A stretch of 64,000 nucleotides of DNA, taken from the sequence record PP400782; one strand, 5' to 3'. The DNA is from Escherichia phage FL31. Made by a program: the position numbers and the translations under genes. Under the pieces are notes generated by a model, which saw nothing but the letters and a program-made list of their open reading frames with translations, had not been told where the DNA came from and searched no databases. Below are positions 51,232 to 58,856 of this stretch, piece after piece (positions within the stretch are counted from its first letter, which is position 1; each line of letters begins with the position of its first letter).

Positions 51232-51517
51232 CTGTGATTTCGGTTACGATATCTTTGTTATCGAAATTAGGGTCACAATACAAAACATAGTTGTACTGCA
51301 TAATACCGCCAGACTTAAGTTGTTCAACAACTTTATTAACCATGTTAGGACGGTCTCGTTTAGTGATGTTCATGATATCAGAGAAGATTTGTTGTTCAAC
51401 CTCTTCTTGATTTGCAGTCATTGACCACTCACAGAGGTCTTTATCATAACCTGCCGTAACTGGAGCCGGTGCACATGATACTGCAAGTAAGATTGCTGCC
51501 AATGATAACTTTTTCAT
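51224..51517 (-). CDS. hypothetical secreted/periplasmic protein (97 aa)
   Basis: N-terminal signal peptide MKKLSLAAILLAVSCAPAPVTA. Confidence 0.45.
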   Translation of the reverse strand: MKKLSLAAILLAVSCAPAPVTAGYDKDLCEWSMTANQEEVEQQIFSDIMNITKRDRPNMVNKVVEQLKSGGIMQYNYVLYCDPNFDNKDIVTEITGE

Positions 51518-51546
51518 TTTAACTCCTTAGTTGATTTGATAGGACT

Positions 51547-51576
51547 ACTATACTATAGTCCATCTATAATGTAAAC
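51547..51576 (-). promoter_or_regulatory. early promoter-like element (-35 GTTTAC, -10 TATAGT) with AGTCCTATCAAA box
   Basis: Minus strand GTTTACattatagatggactatagTATAGTagtcctatcaaatc. Confidence 0.4.
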
Positions 51577-51580
51577 AAGT

Positions 51581-51829
51581 TTATTCTTTTTCGCGAATAA
51601 TAATTACTTGTTGAGGCTGCTGAGCCGATTTCTTTTCGGCAACGATAGACCAAATTAAAGTTCCAATCCAACCAACCATCGTCCAGTTAAAGAGTAAAGA
51701 TACAAAGAAGATTGCTGTTGTGCTTTTTGTGCCACGAATAAGTGCGATTACCCAAGGCAACATGTAAATGATGATTGAACCAATACCTGCGATTAAAACT
51801 GCTACTGAACTAGCTACGAATAATTCCAT
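51581..51829 (-). CDS. superinfection immunity protein (Imm family) homolog
   Basis: 82 aa two-TM protein with LPWVIALIRG...AIFFVSLLFNWTMVGWIGTLIWSI, resembling the Imm-superinfection family motif. Confidence 0.55.
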   Translation of the reverse strand: MELFVASSVAVLIAGIGSIIIYMLPWVIALIRGTKSTTAIFFVSLLFNWTMVGWIGTLIWSIVAEKKSAQQPQQVIIIREKE

Positions 51830-51890
51830 GTTAATTTCCTCTTGATTTGTTATGTTTATAGTATCTTGTTTTAACTTTGGTGTAAACCAA

Positions 51891-52259
51891 TTAATTAAAT
51901 TTGTTTAAACGTTCAATACACTGGACGTAGTTATTCGCGATTTGTTTCTGGGTAGGCTCTTTACCAGTTGTTTCAACATAGCGAATGAATGCGATTTCAG
52001 TGGCCTGTAGACAATGTTCTTTAACGCGTTGTTCTTTTGACAATGCTACAGTATCAGAGTCACGATAACGTTGAGCATGGGCATCAGCTTGAATCATTCG
52101 ATTACCTACAGTAACCGGGTCTTCCACTTCAACTTTAGGTTGGTCATACTGTTTAACATTCGGATTGTAAATTAATTGGCCAACGTTATTAGGGATAAAG
52201 CCATGGGCACCACATCCGGTTAATCCAAATACCATTGCTAAAGCGATTAATTTTTTCAT
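51891..52259 (-). CDS. putative lipoprotein (122 aa)
   Basis: Signal peptide with lipobox LTGC. Confidence 0.5.
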   Translation of the reverse strand: MKKLIALAMVFGLTGCGAHGFIPNNVGQLIYNPNVKQYDQPKVEVEDPVTVGNRMIQADAHAQRYRDSDTVALSKEQRVKEHCLQATEIAFIRYVETTGKEPTQKQIANNYVQCIERLNKFN

Positions 52260-52287
52260 TTCAATTTCCTCTGTAGTTGATAGAAAG

Positions 52288-52317
52288 ATAGTAACACAGT
52301 ATGTGGTGCTTGTAAAC
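52288..52317 (-). promoter_or_regulatory. early promoter-like element (-35 GTTTAC, -10 TACTAT)
   Basis: Minus strand GTTTACaagcaccacatactgtgtTACTAT. Confidence 0.4.
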
Positions 52318-52330
52318 AGTTATTTTAAAA

Positions 52331-52540
52331 TTATTGAAAACCTGCTTCGAAAACTTTCTCGTCATTAATAAATGCTTTAACTAATGCTTTGTTCACTTCA
52401 GCAAGTTGTACCGTAACCCACTCGATTTCTTCGCGATCACCTGATAACATGATATCTTTAGTGAACATCTCACCGCTTTTAAACCAACCGATAAAAGTAA
52501 CTTTAGTTAATTTGCTCATATTTCCTCGCAAAATGCCCAT
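52331..52540 (-). CDS. hypothetical protein (69 aa); overlaps the end of the upstream ORF
   Basis: ORF only. Confidence 0.25.
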   Translation of the reverse strand: MGILRGNMSKLTKVTFIGWFKSGEMFTKDIMLSGDREEIEWVTVQLAEVNKALVKAFINDEKVFEAGFQ

Positions 52541-52833
52541 TCAGCGTGATAAACTGTAGCGCCTTTAGTATCATTCATTTGAACTACATCTACCGGAGAA
52601 ATTACTCGATAGAGACGTGGTTCACCTCCATAAGAGCGTGCTGCTCGTCCTGCATAAATCTTTGCTAAACCGATATCTTCAGTAAAGAATACACGATCCA
52701 AGTTTTTCTTACGTCCAGTTTCAGACAGAACTCCTGTTTCTTCAGGAGGACAAAGCATGTTTTCGATGTTAGCTGAACTACTTGAACCGTGATAAAAAAT
52801 CTTAAATTCTGCTTTACAATCGATGGTTTTCAT
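52516..52833 (-). CDS. small Arr-like (rifampin ADP-ribosyltransferase-like) domain protein
   Basis: FYHGSSS...RVFFTEDIGLAKIYAGRA...RLYRVISPVDV aligns by eye with recalled Arr motifs (FYHGT...IYFSALMEPAVWGAELA...YIYIVEP); from memory, not searched. Confidence 0.4.
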   Translation of the reverse strand: MKTIDCKAEFKIFYHGSSSSANIENMLCPPEETGVLSETGRKKNLDRVFFTEDIGLAKIYAGRAARSYGGEPRLYRVISPVDVVQMNDTKGATVYHAEWAFCEEI

Positions 52834-52859
52834 TTTGTTCTCCAGTAGTTGATAGGTCT

Positions 52860-52888
52860 ATAATAACACAACTACTGGAGAAGTAAAC
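52860..52888 (-). promoter_or_regulatory. early promoter-like element (-35 GTTTAC, -10 TATTAT) nested in an inverted repeat that includes the downstream SD
   Basis: Minus strand GTTTACttctccagtagttgtgtTATTATagacctatcaactactggagaacaaaATG. Confidence 0.45.
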
Positions 52889-53263
52889 TTAAAAACGTAA
52901 TTTAGATACATCTGCGTTGATTTCGGTTTGGTTTGCGTCGTATGCAATTAAACGAACCGCTTTAGATGGGTCATTCAATGCATAGAAATGATGGAACATT
53001 GCTCGAACGATATCACCATTTACGAGTTCTACCTGGATAGGAGAACCTTTTTCGAGTTGGAAATGTTCATAAGCTTTGATGGTTCGCAGATAATCAAGTT
53101 TTTGATTTCCGGCTCCAACAATTTGTACGATACGTTTGCCCATGTTTTCCATACGAGATACAATAGTTTTAGGAGCAAGAATAACGTAGGTTGCCAGCGG
53201 AGAAACTACTTCAACAGTTGTGTTTTCGGTGATTGCAGTAAAAATTGCTTGAGACATATTCAT
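52889..53263 (-). CDS. hypothetical protein (124 aa)
   Basis: ORF with AAGAGGAAAA SD. Confidence 0.45.
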   Translation of the reverse strand: MNMSQAIFTAITENTTVEVVSPLATYVILAPKTIVSRMENMGKRIVQIVGAGNQKLDYLRTIKAYEHFQLEKGSPIQVELVNGDIVRAMFHHFYALNDPSKAVRLIAYDANQTEINADVSKLRF

Positions 53264-53292
53264 AATGTTTTCCTCTTGGTTTGTGTAAGTAC

Positions 53293-53322
53293 ATCATATC
53301 ATGCCTAGAGGAAGATGTAAAC
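53293..53322 (-). promoter_or_regulatory. early promoter-like element (-35 GTTTAC, -10 TATGAT)
   Basis: Minus strand GTTTACatcttcctctaggcatgaTATGAT. Confidence 0.4.
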
Positions 53323-53345
53323 CCCGAAAGGAGACCGAAGTCTCC
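53320..53345 (-). terminator. UUCG hairpin/terminator after gene 41
   Basis: Minus strand ggagac-UUCG-gucucc followed by UUUCGGGGUUUAC (moderate U tract). Confidence 0.45.
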
Positions 53346-53351
53346 TTTTTA

Positions 53352-54794
53352 TTAAAATTTTAACTCATTGGCTAAGCTATCTAGGTCAGCACGTGTTGCT
53401 TTGGCTTTACCTACGCGTTCCGTACGATTCACCTCTGCCTGACGCATCTGAGCACCTGCGTTTTCATTTACTGTGTTAGGTGTGTTCATGCCTTCTTGCT
53501 CAATCTCAACCCATTTCTGGTTGCCTTTACGTACACCCATCAGGAATTTATTCCACTTATTCTTATCACCATATCGTGATTTGATTTGTTTGATAAGTTG
53601 TTGTTCAGCTTGTGCAAGTTCTTCGGTTTCAATTACAGCCAACATGAAATCTGCCGTTGCTGGTAAACCTGCTGATTCTGCGATATCACTCATGTTCATG
53701 TCTGAAGCATCCCATGCTGCACGTCCTACTTGAGCTGCAGTCCATAGAACTGTTTCAGATTCTACTGCTAATGCACGAAGTTCTTCTGCGATAGCTTTAA
53801 CTAATGTGTAGCTATTTTCAGTGTAAACTCTGATACGACAAGACCCACAAATACCTAAGTAATCAACCATGATTACAGATGGCACAAAGTTCTTCTTAAG
53901 TTTTAACTCATTAAGCAATGCACGAAATGTATTAGCGTTAGCTCCACCAGTAGGATACTGTTTAACTACTAAACGTCCTAATGTTGTTTTTGAACGCCAT
54001 TTTTCCATCTTGGCTTTATATTCAGCATAAGATACGTTACCATCATCGATATCATCGAGTGATACGTCAAGCATGTTTGCATCTATACGCTTAGCACAAA
54101 CTTCTTCAGCCATTTCCATGGAAATATAAAGAACATTATGACCTGTTTGAAGATAATCTGCAGCAAGTGAACAAAGGCCTAAAGATTTACCGACGTTAAC
54201 ACCGGCCATTAAAACGTTTAGTGTACCTGTTTCAGCACCACCTTTAGTGATTTTATTCAAAATGTTTAATTTGAACGGGACCTTACGTGCTTTATTTAGA
54301 TAAGAAAGCCAGCGTGCTTCGTAGTCTTCCATCCAGTCATGTCCAACATAACTATCGAACGAAATTGAAAGTGCTTGACGCATAATATCAGGAATAGCTC
54401 CTACGTCAGGCATTTTCTTGTTACGTTGTTCTGGAGGTAGTTCAGCATTAGACTGAATCTCAATGATTTTGGACGTAGCATTATACATCGCTTTTTGCTG
54501 GACATATTTCTCAGTTTCTTTAACCAACCATTCGTGGTCTTCAGGAGTATCAGCCAATTTTTCAATTAGGTCTGAAGTTCCTTTATATTCGGCTTCAGTT
54601 AAAGAACTGTTATCTAAAGCCACCTTTAACGCATTGATAGATGGCATTGCATTATATTCGTTAACGTGGCTCTTTATAATTTTAAAGACATTTTTTGCCG
54701 GTCCACGCTCAAAATACTCAGAATCCATATAAGGCCAGACCTTAGAAAAATAAGCCTGGTCATATACTAGATGAGACAAAATAATTTCTACCAC
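53352..54794 (-). CDS. 41: replicative DNA helicase gp41 (DnaB-like)
   Basis: 480 aa; Walker A GVNVGKS; DnaB-family helicase motifs; synteny. Confidence 0.95.
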   Translation of the reverse strand: MVEIILSHLVYDQAYFSKVWPYMDSEYFERGPAKNVFKIIKSHVNEYNAMPSINALKVALDNSSLTEAEYKGTSDLIEKLADTPEDHEWLVKETEKYVQQKAMYNATSKIIEIQSNAELPPEQRNKKMPDVGAIPDIMRQALSISFDSYVGHDWMEDYEARWLSYLNKARKVPFKLNILNKITKGGAETGTLNVLMAGVNVGKSLGLCSLAADYLQTGHNVLYISMEMAEEVCAKRIDANMLDVSLDDIDDGNVSYAEYKAKMEKWRSKTTLGRLVVKQYPTGGANANTFRALLNELKLKKNFVPSVIMVDYLGICGSCRIRVYTENSYTLVKAIAEELRALAVESETVLWTAAQVGRAAWDASDMNMSDIAESAGLPATADFMLAVIETEELAQAEQQLIKQIKSRYGDKNKWNKFLMGVRKGNQKWVEIEQEGMNTPNTVNENAGAQMRQAEVNRTERVGKAKATRADLDSLANELKF

Positions 54795-54803
54795 GATAAC
54801 TCC

Positions 54804-55166
54804 TTAAAAGAATTTAAATTTTTTCTTGGTCCGTTCATTAAAAGCTTGTTGTACTTGCATTGTAACACATTTTTCAACATGTGGTGCAAGTTCTGCTTTT
54901 CTGTCCTGGTCAAGAACTGCAAAGTCCATTACGATTTTACCATCAACCCAGTCTAGTTTTGTAATATAGACTATATGATGAGAACCATCTTCAAGCGTAA
55001 TCAGAATCTCTTGAATGACATTTTCCATTGCTGAACGGACAATTTTAAGAGATTCATTAAACACTCGTTCTTTGCGAATGTCTTCCCCTTCCGAAGAAGG
55101 GGATTCATCAACGATTTCTAGATTTAAATCATCGAGATTATTCATCGAAATCTTCCATTTCGTCAA
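54804..55166 (-). CDS. 40: gp40 (head vertex assembly protein) by position
   Basis: 120 aa ORF between uvsX and 41, as in T4; no motif-level confirmation. Confidence 0.5.
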   Translation of the reverse strand: MTKWKISMNNLDDLNLEIVDESPSSEGEDIRKERVFNESLKIVRSAMENVIQEILITLEDGSHHIVYITKLDWVDGKIVMDFAVLDQDRKAELAPHVEKCVTMQVQQAFNERTKKKFKFF

Positions 55167-56310
55167 GGTCGTTTTCTATATCTGCTGCAGACGGAGCATC
55201 AGAAGTTTTAACCGGAACTTTAGTTGTTGCTTTGCAATTAATAAGGTCGTTAACAGCGTCATCAACTTCTTTAATAGAAGAGATAGCACCTAGTTTATAT
55301 TTAGTTTCAATTGCATCTCGGAAAGGTTTGTGTTTAAACAACGGTCCCCAGAATTCTACACAATCAGTAGCTTTAGCACGCCATGATTTTTCTTCACGAA
55401 TCATTTCGCCTGTTTCTTCGTCAAGGAATTCACGAGCATACCACCCGGCTTTAGGCTTAACTACAAAACCAATTTCAGTTGCCATTTCTAACAAGCCACT
55501 GAATGGGTCAATACCGCCATCAAAATTAACCGTGATCGGGAAAGTAGATTTCTCTTTAACTGTACGAGATTTTTCTGCTTTCAACGTGAAGTCATAACCG
55601 GTCAATTCAGTGCCATCTTTAACCTGACGTTTAGAGATAAAGAATACAGTGTTAGCCGAGTAAAGAATACCTGTACCGCCGCCCATAATCTCTTTAGGAT
55701 ACAATCCGCCAATTTCCATTGCTGTATGGTTGATTGCAACACATGGAATATCTTTAATAGTCAGATAAGGAGTCACAATGCGGAACAGAGATTTAAGTGC
55801 CTTAGCACGAGACATATCACCTACGACTTTCTCGTTCAACGCATCTTCGGTTTCTTTCTTAGATGCAGTATTACCGATTGAATCGATAAAGATAATAACT
55901 TTATCACCGCGTTCAATCGCGTCAAGCTGATTAGTCATATCAACTTTAAGTTGTTCGACAGATTGAATAGGAGTATGAACTACACGGTCTAAATCAACAC
56001 CCATTGAACGAAAATAAGATTCCGAAGCACCAAATTCTGAATCATAGAACAAACAAATTGCATCTTTATATTTCTTCATATATGCTGCAACCATGGTCAG
56101 TCCAAACAATGTTTTAAAATGTTTAGAAGGTGCAGCAAAAATAGTCAAGCCTGATTGCAATCCTGCATTCAGTGCACCACCTAGTGCAATATTCAACATT
56201 GGAATACGAGTAGGGACTTCATCACGATTATTAAACAACTTAGACTTAGTCAAGTCTGCAGTCATTTTAGAAGTAGAAGCTTTAATCAGACGAGATTTTA
56301 GATCAGACAT
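55138..56310 (-). CDS. uvsX: UvsX recombinase (RecA-like)
   Basis: 390 aa; MSDLKSRLIKASTSK...GLTIFAAPSKHFKT...REFLDEETGEMIREEKSWRAK matches recalled T4 UvsX. Confidence 0.95.
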   Translation of the reverse strand: MSDLKSRLIKASTSKMTADLTKSKLFNNRDEVPTRIPMLNIALGGALNAGLQSGLTIFAAPSKHFKTLFGLTMVAAYMKKYKDAICLFYDSEFGASESYFRSMGVDLDRVVHTPIQSVEQLKVDMTNQLDAIERGDKVIIFIDSIGNTASKKETEDALNEKVVGDMSRAKALKSLFRIVTPYLTIKDIPCVAINHTAMEIGGLYPKEIMGGGTGILYSANTVFFISKRQVKDGTELTGYDFTLKAEKSRTVKEKSTFPITVNFDGGIDPFSGLLEMATEIGFVVKPKAGWYAREFLDEETGEMIREEKSWRAKATDCVEFWGPLFKHKPFRDAIETKYKLGAISSIKEVDDAVNDLINCKATTKVPVKTSDAPSAADIENDLDEMEDFDE

Positions 56311-56363
56311 TGTATTTTTCCATAGGCATCATTATATTTTACTCATGTTTAAAAGATAAGATG

Positions 56364-56388
56364 ATTATATACTAAGGGTTATACAGCA
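56364..56388 (-). promoter_or_regulatory. possible middle promoter upstream of uvsX (imperfect MotA box + -10 TATAAT)
   Basis: Minus strand aaaTGCTGTA-N12-TATAAT; one mismatch to the TGCTT core. Confidence 0.3.
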
Positions 56389-56408
56389 TTTAAAACTTTA
56401 AATGGCTC

Positions 56409-56957
56409 TTAACGAGCCCATTTGATGATTTCTGTAATCAAACCATTACGTTCGCTTGCATTAAATCCTATAACTTTGTTAGCACCATCATGATTAAGTA
56501 ATTGATACGTTTGGATTTTGTTATGAATTGCAAACTCTTCAAAATATGAAATGACTGTATTAAAACCGAATGAAGACAAAGTAATAAGGTCGTCTTCAAA
56601 ACTTTCAGTCATTTCGTTACGTGTTAAAATAATTGTGAACACATCATGGTTTTGGCAAAGACGAACATAGTCCTGTTCATAAACGTCAAGAATCGAGTCC
56701 GCATCTTGTCGAATACGTCCATAAACCCAGTTACTAATATATCCACGGTCTAACAGATAAATCTTAGTAGGGTCTAAATAATTCAACATCGTTTCGAAAC
56801 AGCCGACTTCATTTCGAGACTTAACATCGAAACGCCCATCAACTGTTCGTTTAGGGAAATCAATCTTTACATATCTTTCACTAATTTCCATTATGTCATT
56901 AATGAAAGTTGTTTTACCAGCATTATCTGGGCCATCTACTAAAATAATTTTAGCCAT
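56409..56957 (-). CDS. P-loop NTPase, nucleoside/nucleotide kinase-like (182 aa)
   Basis: Walker A ILVDGPDNAGKTT at the N-terminus, dNK/thymidylate-kinase-like layout; between 42 and uvsX. Confidence 0.55.
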   Translation of the reverse strand: MAKIILVDGPDNAGKTTFINDIMEISERYVKIDFPKRTVDGRFDVKSRNEVGCFETMLNYLDPTKIYLLDRGYISNWVYGRIRQDADSILDVYEQDYVRLCQNHDVFTIILTRNEMTESFEDDLITLSSFGFNTVISYFEEFAIHNKIQTYQLLNHDGANKVIGFNASERNGLITEIIKWAR

Positions 56958-56958
56958 T

Positions 56959-57858
56959 TTATTCCTCGATTACGACATCTTCATATTTAGGTATATTATA
57001 CGGCGAAGAAATTAAAGCGTTAAAGTAGATGAACTCACCAAGACCTGGATGGAATACTTCTTCAGGATTTTCGAAATATTGAATCTTCGGACGTCCTTTA
57101 AGAATTTGATAGTACTCAGTTTTAGTTGGTTTAAAAATTCGAATCAACGCTTCTTCAGGATACTTATTTCTGTCGAAGCTATTATTTGGATCAGTTATAT
57201 AAAGCGGTTGACCTAATTGAATTGCGCATTCAACAACTTGTTCAAAACGATAACACGGGTCACTAATTCGAAATGGATGAAAAATACCATCTAGATGAAT
57301 AGGAGCCAAATCACCTACAAGACGCTGCATGATGGAAGGACGTATAACTTTCTGCGTTACGATAATCTTATTACCATCTGCACCAGCGTTAACCAGCACT
57401 TCTTTTTGACGTTCATTCAACACAGTAGTTTGAAGTGAACGATTAACCGACAACATATCAGTTTTTAAGAATTCATCAATATAAAAACGTGGTTTATTAG
57501 GGTCTGCAGTGATATTGAAATTGAATTCCACATCAAAAGCGCCGTCATATCCAGTGATATCTGTGATTAGAAAATCACAGTCATAATAAGCAATTAATGA
57601 ATCAACCACAAATTCATTTTCAGACCAGAAATATTTACGAGTGTTATACGCGTTATCTTTATACCATAATGGAACAAACTTAAATTCTGGAAAAAGACGT
57701 TCGCATTCTTTAATATCAGATGCATTACGTGGATATGTAATCACATCACCCGGATTAGCACGGTGCAAATGAAGTTGGAAGTTGCCATCCTTAAGGATAG
57801 CATACTGTCCAGTTTCATAAGACCGCATACTCAAAATAGGTACGCGGAAAATAGCCAT
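56959..57858 (-). CDS. hypothetical protein (299 aa) at the locus where T4 encodes beta-glucosyltransferase
   Basis: ORF translationally coupled to gene 42 (TAATG); no recognisable beta-gt similarity. Confidence 0.5.
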   Translation of the reverse strand: MAIFRVPILSMRSYETGQYAILKDGNFQLHLHRANPGDVITYPRNASDIKECERLFPEFKFVPLWYKDNAYNTRKYFWSENEFVVDSLIAYYDCDFLITDITGYDGAFDVEFNFNITADPNKPRFYIDEFLKTDMLSVNRSLQTTVLNERQKEVLVNAGADGNKIIVTQKVIRPSIMQRLVGDLAPIHLDGIFHPFRISDPCYRFEQVVECAIQLGQPLYITDPNNSFDRNKYPEEALIRIFKPTKTEYYQILKGRPKIQYFENPEEVFHPGLGEFIYFNALISSPYNIPKYEDVVIEE

Positions 57859-58574
57859 TAGTCAAGGAATCCTTTAACATAATCAAAATCACGTTCAAAC
57901 ACATGGGCACTTACCATGGTATGAGTATAATCACCAACTTCTACATCACATTCGTTAGCGATATAATGAAGTAATTTTCCTTGGAGATAAAAATCCAACT
58001 GCATAACAACAGCACAGTTCTGAGAACGCATATGACAGTGGGTATAAAGCTTACCATCACGAATATAATAAGTCACTGAGTCAGTACATGGATATTCAAG
58101 CGTTTCGTCTGAATCAAGCAAAGCCTGATCAGAACTTTCTAGAATTTGGAACACAACTCTTCGGGAGTTAGGCTTCTCTTTAAGTTCTTTTAGAAGAGCT
58201 GGTAATTGGGCCGCAATGCGAGGACCATAGAAAGTGTTGAAGTTCGCCGGCAAAACATCTGATTTTGGTTTAGAAATAAATTTAGCGACATTAGGATATG
58301 CCTTAAACGCTTCTTCTGCGTTGGTACCACCAGAAATCATAAACTTCCAGAAGTCTTCAGCATATTCATAAGAGATGCGGTTAATACGTGGGTCGGTCAT
58401 TTTGAATGATGATGGAGTGTCAACAACTACTGTCATAGACCCAATTTCATTACAACGTCCAATACGAGAATCAGTTACGAATTCCGGGTTTTCTAAAATT
58501 TCACGATTGACTGCTTTAAATGCGGTTTGAAAATCTGCGGCTTTGATATATTTCATTGTGTTATGTTTTCCCAT
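57858..58574 (-). CDS. 42: dCMP hydroxymethylase-like enzyme (thymidylate-synthase fold; gene 42 equivalent)
   Basis: TS-family core YPCTDSVTYYIRDGKLYTHCHMRSQNCAVVMQLDFY with Asp at the position that is Asn in thymidylate synthases (cytosine-type); synteny after gene 43. Confidence 0.75.
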   Translation of the reverse strand: MGKHNTMKYIKAADFQTAFKAVNREILENPEFVTDSRIGRCNEIGSMTVVVDTPSSFKMTDPRINRISYEYAEDFWKFMISGGTNAEEAFKAYPNVAKFISKPKSDVLPANFNTFYGPRIAAQLPALLKELKEKPNSRRVVFQILESSDQALLDSDETLEYPCTDSVTYYIRDGKLYTHCHMRSQNCAVVMQLDFYLQGKLLHYIANECDVEVGDYTHTMVSAHVFERDFDYVKGFLD

Positions 58575-58593
58575 GTTTACCTCAATACAATTT

Positions 58594-58618
58594 ATTATAT
58601 ACTCAATTCGTAAAGCTT
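58594..58618 (-). promoter_or_regulatory. middle promoter candidate for gene 42 (MotA box-like GCTTTA + 11 bp + TATAAT)
   Basis: Minus strand aaGCTTTAcgaattgagtaTATAATaaattgtattGAGGtaaacATG. Confidence 0.4.
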
Positions 58619-58856
58619 ATTTGAATTTCTTGGCAATGTTGATATAACGTAAAGCTTCACCATCAATACTTCCAAGAACACTATGAAGAAATGCATCGGC
58701 GTAGTATTCCAATTGAACAGGTTCTTTAATCACTTTAGCCGCTTTAGTTTCAAACAGGCCCATCAGGGCCTTTTTAAGAATTTGTTCATTAGTGTTCAGA
58801 TTCATAGTCAAAATCTCTTCATTAAGTTGGTGGTTAAAAGTTTTTCTAGAAATCAT
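58617..58856 (-). CDS. hypothetical protein (79 aa)
   Basis: ORF overlapping the end of the upstream gene. Confidence 0.35.
   Translation of the reverse strand: MISRKTFNHQLNEEILTMNLNTNEQILKKALMGLFETKAAKVIKEPVQLEYYADAFLHSVLGSIDGEALRYINIAKKFK

Noticed and set aside
56959-57858. Calling the 299-aa protein a beta-glucosyltransferase
   Set aside because: No recognisable similarity to recalled T4 beta-gt; only its position suggests a role in DNA modification
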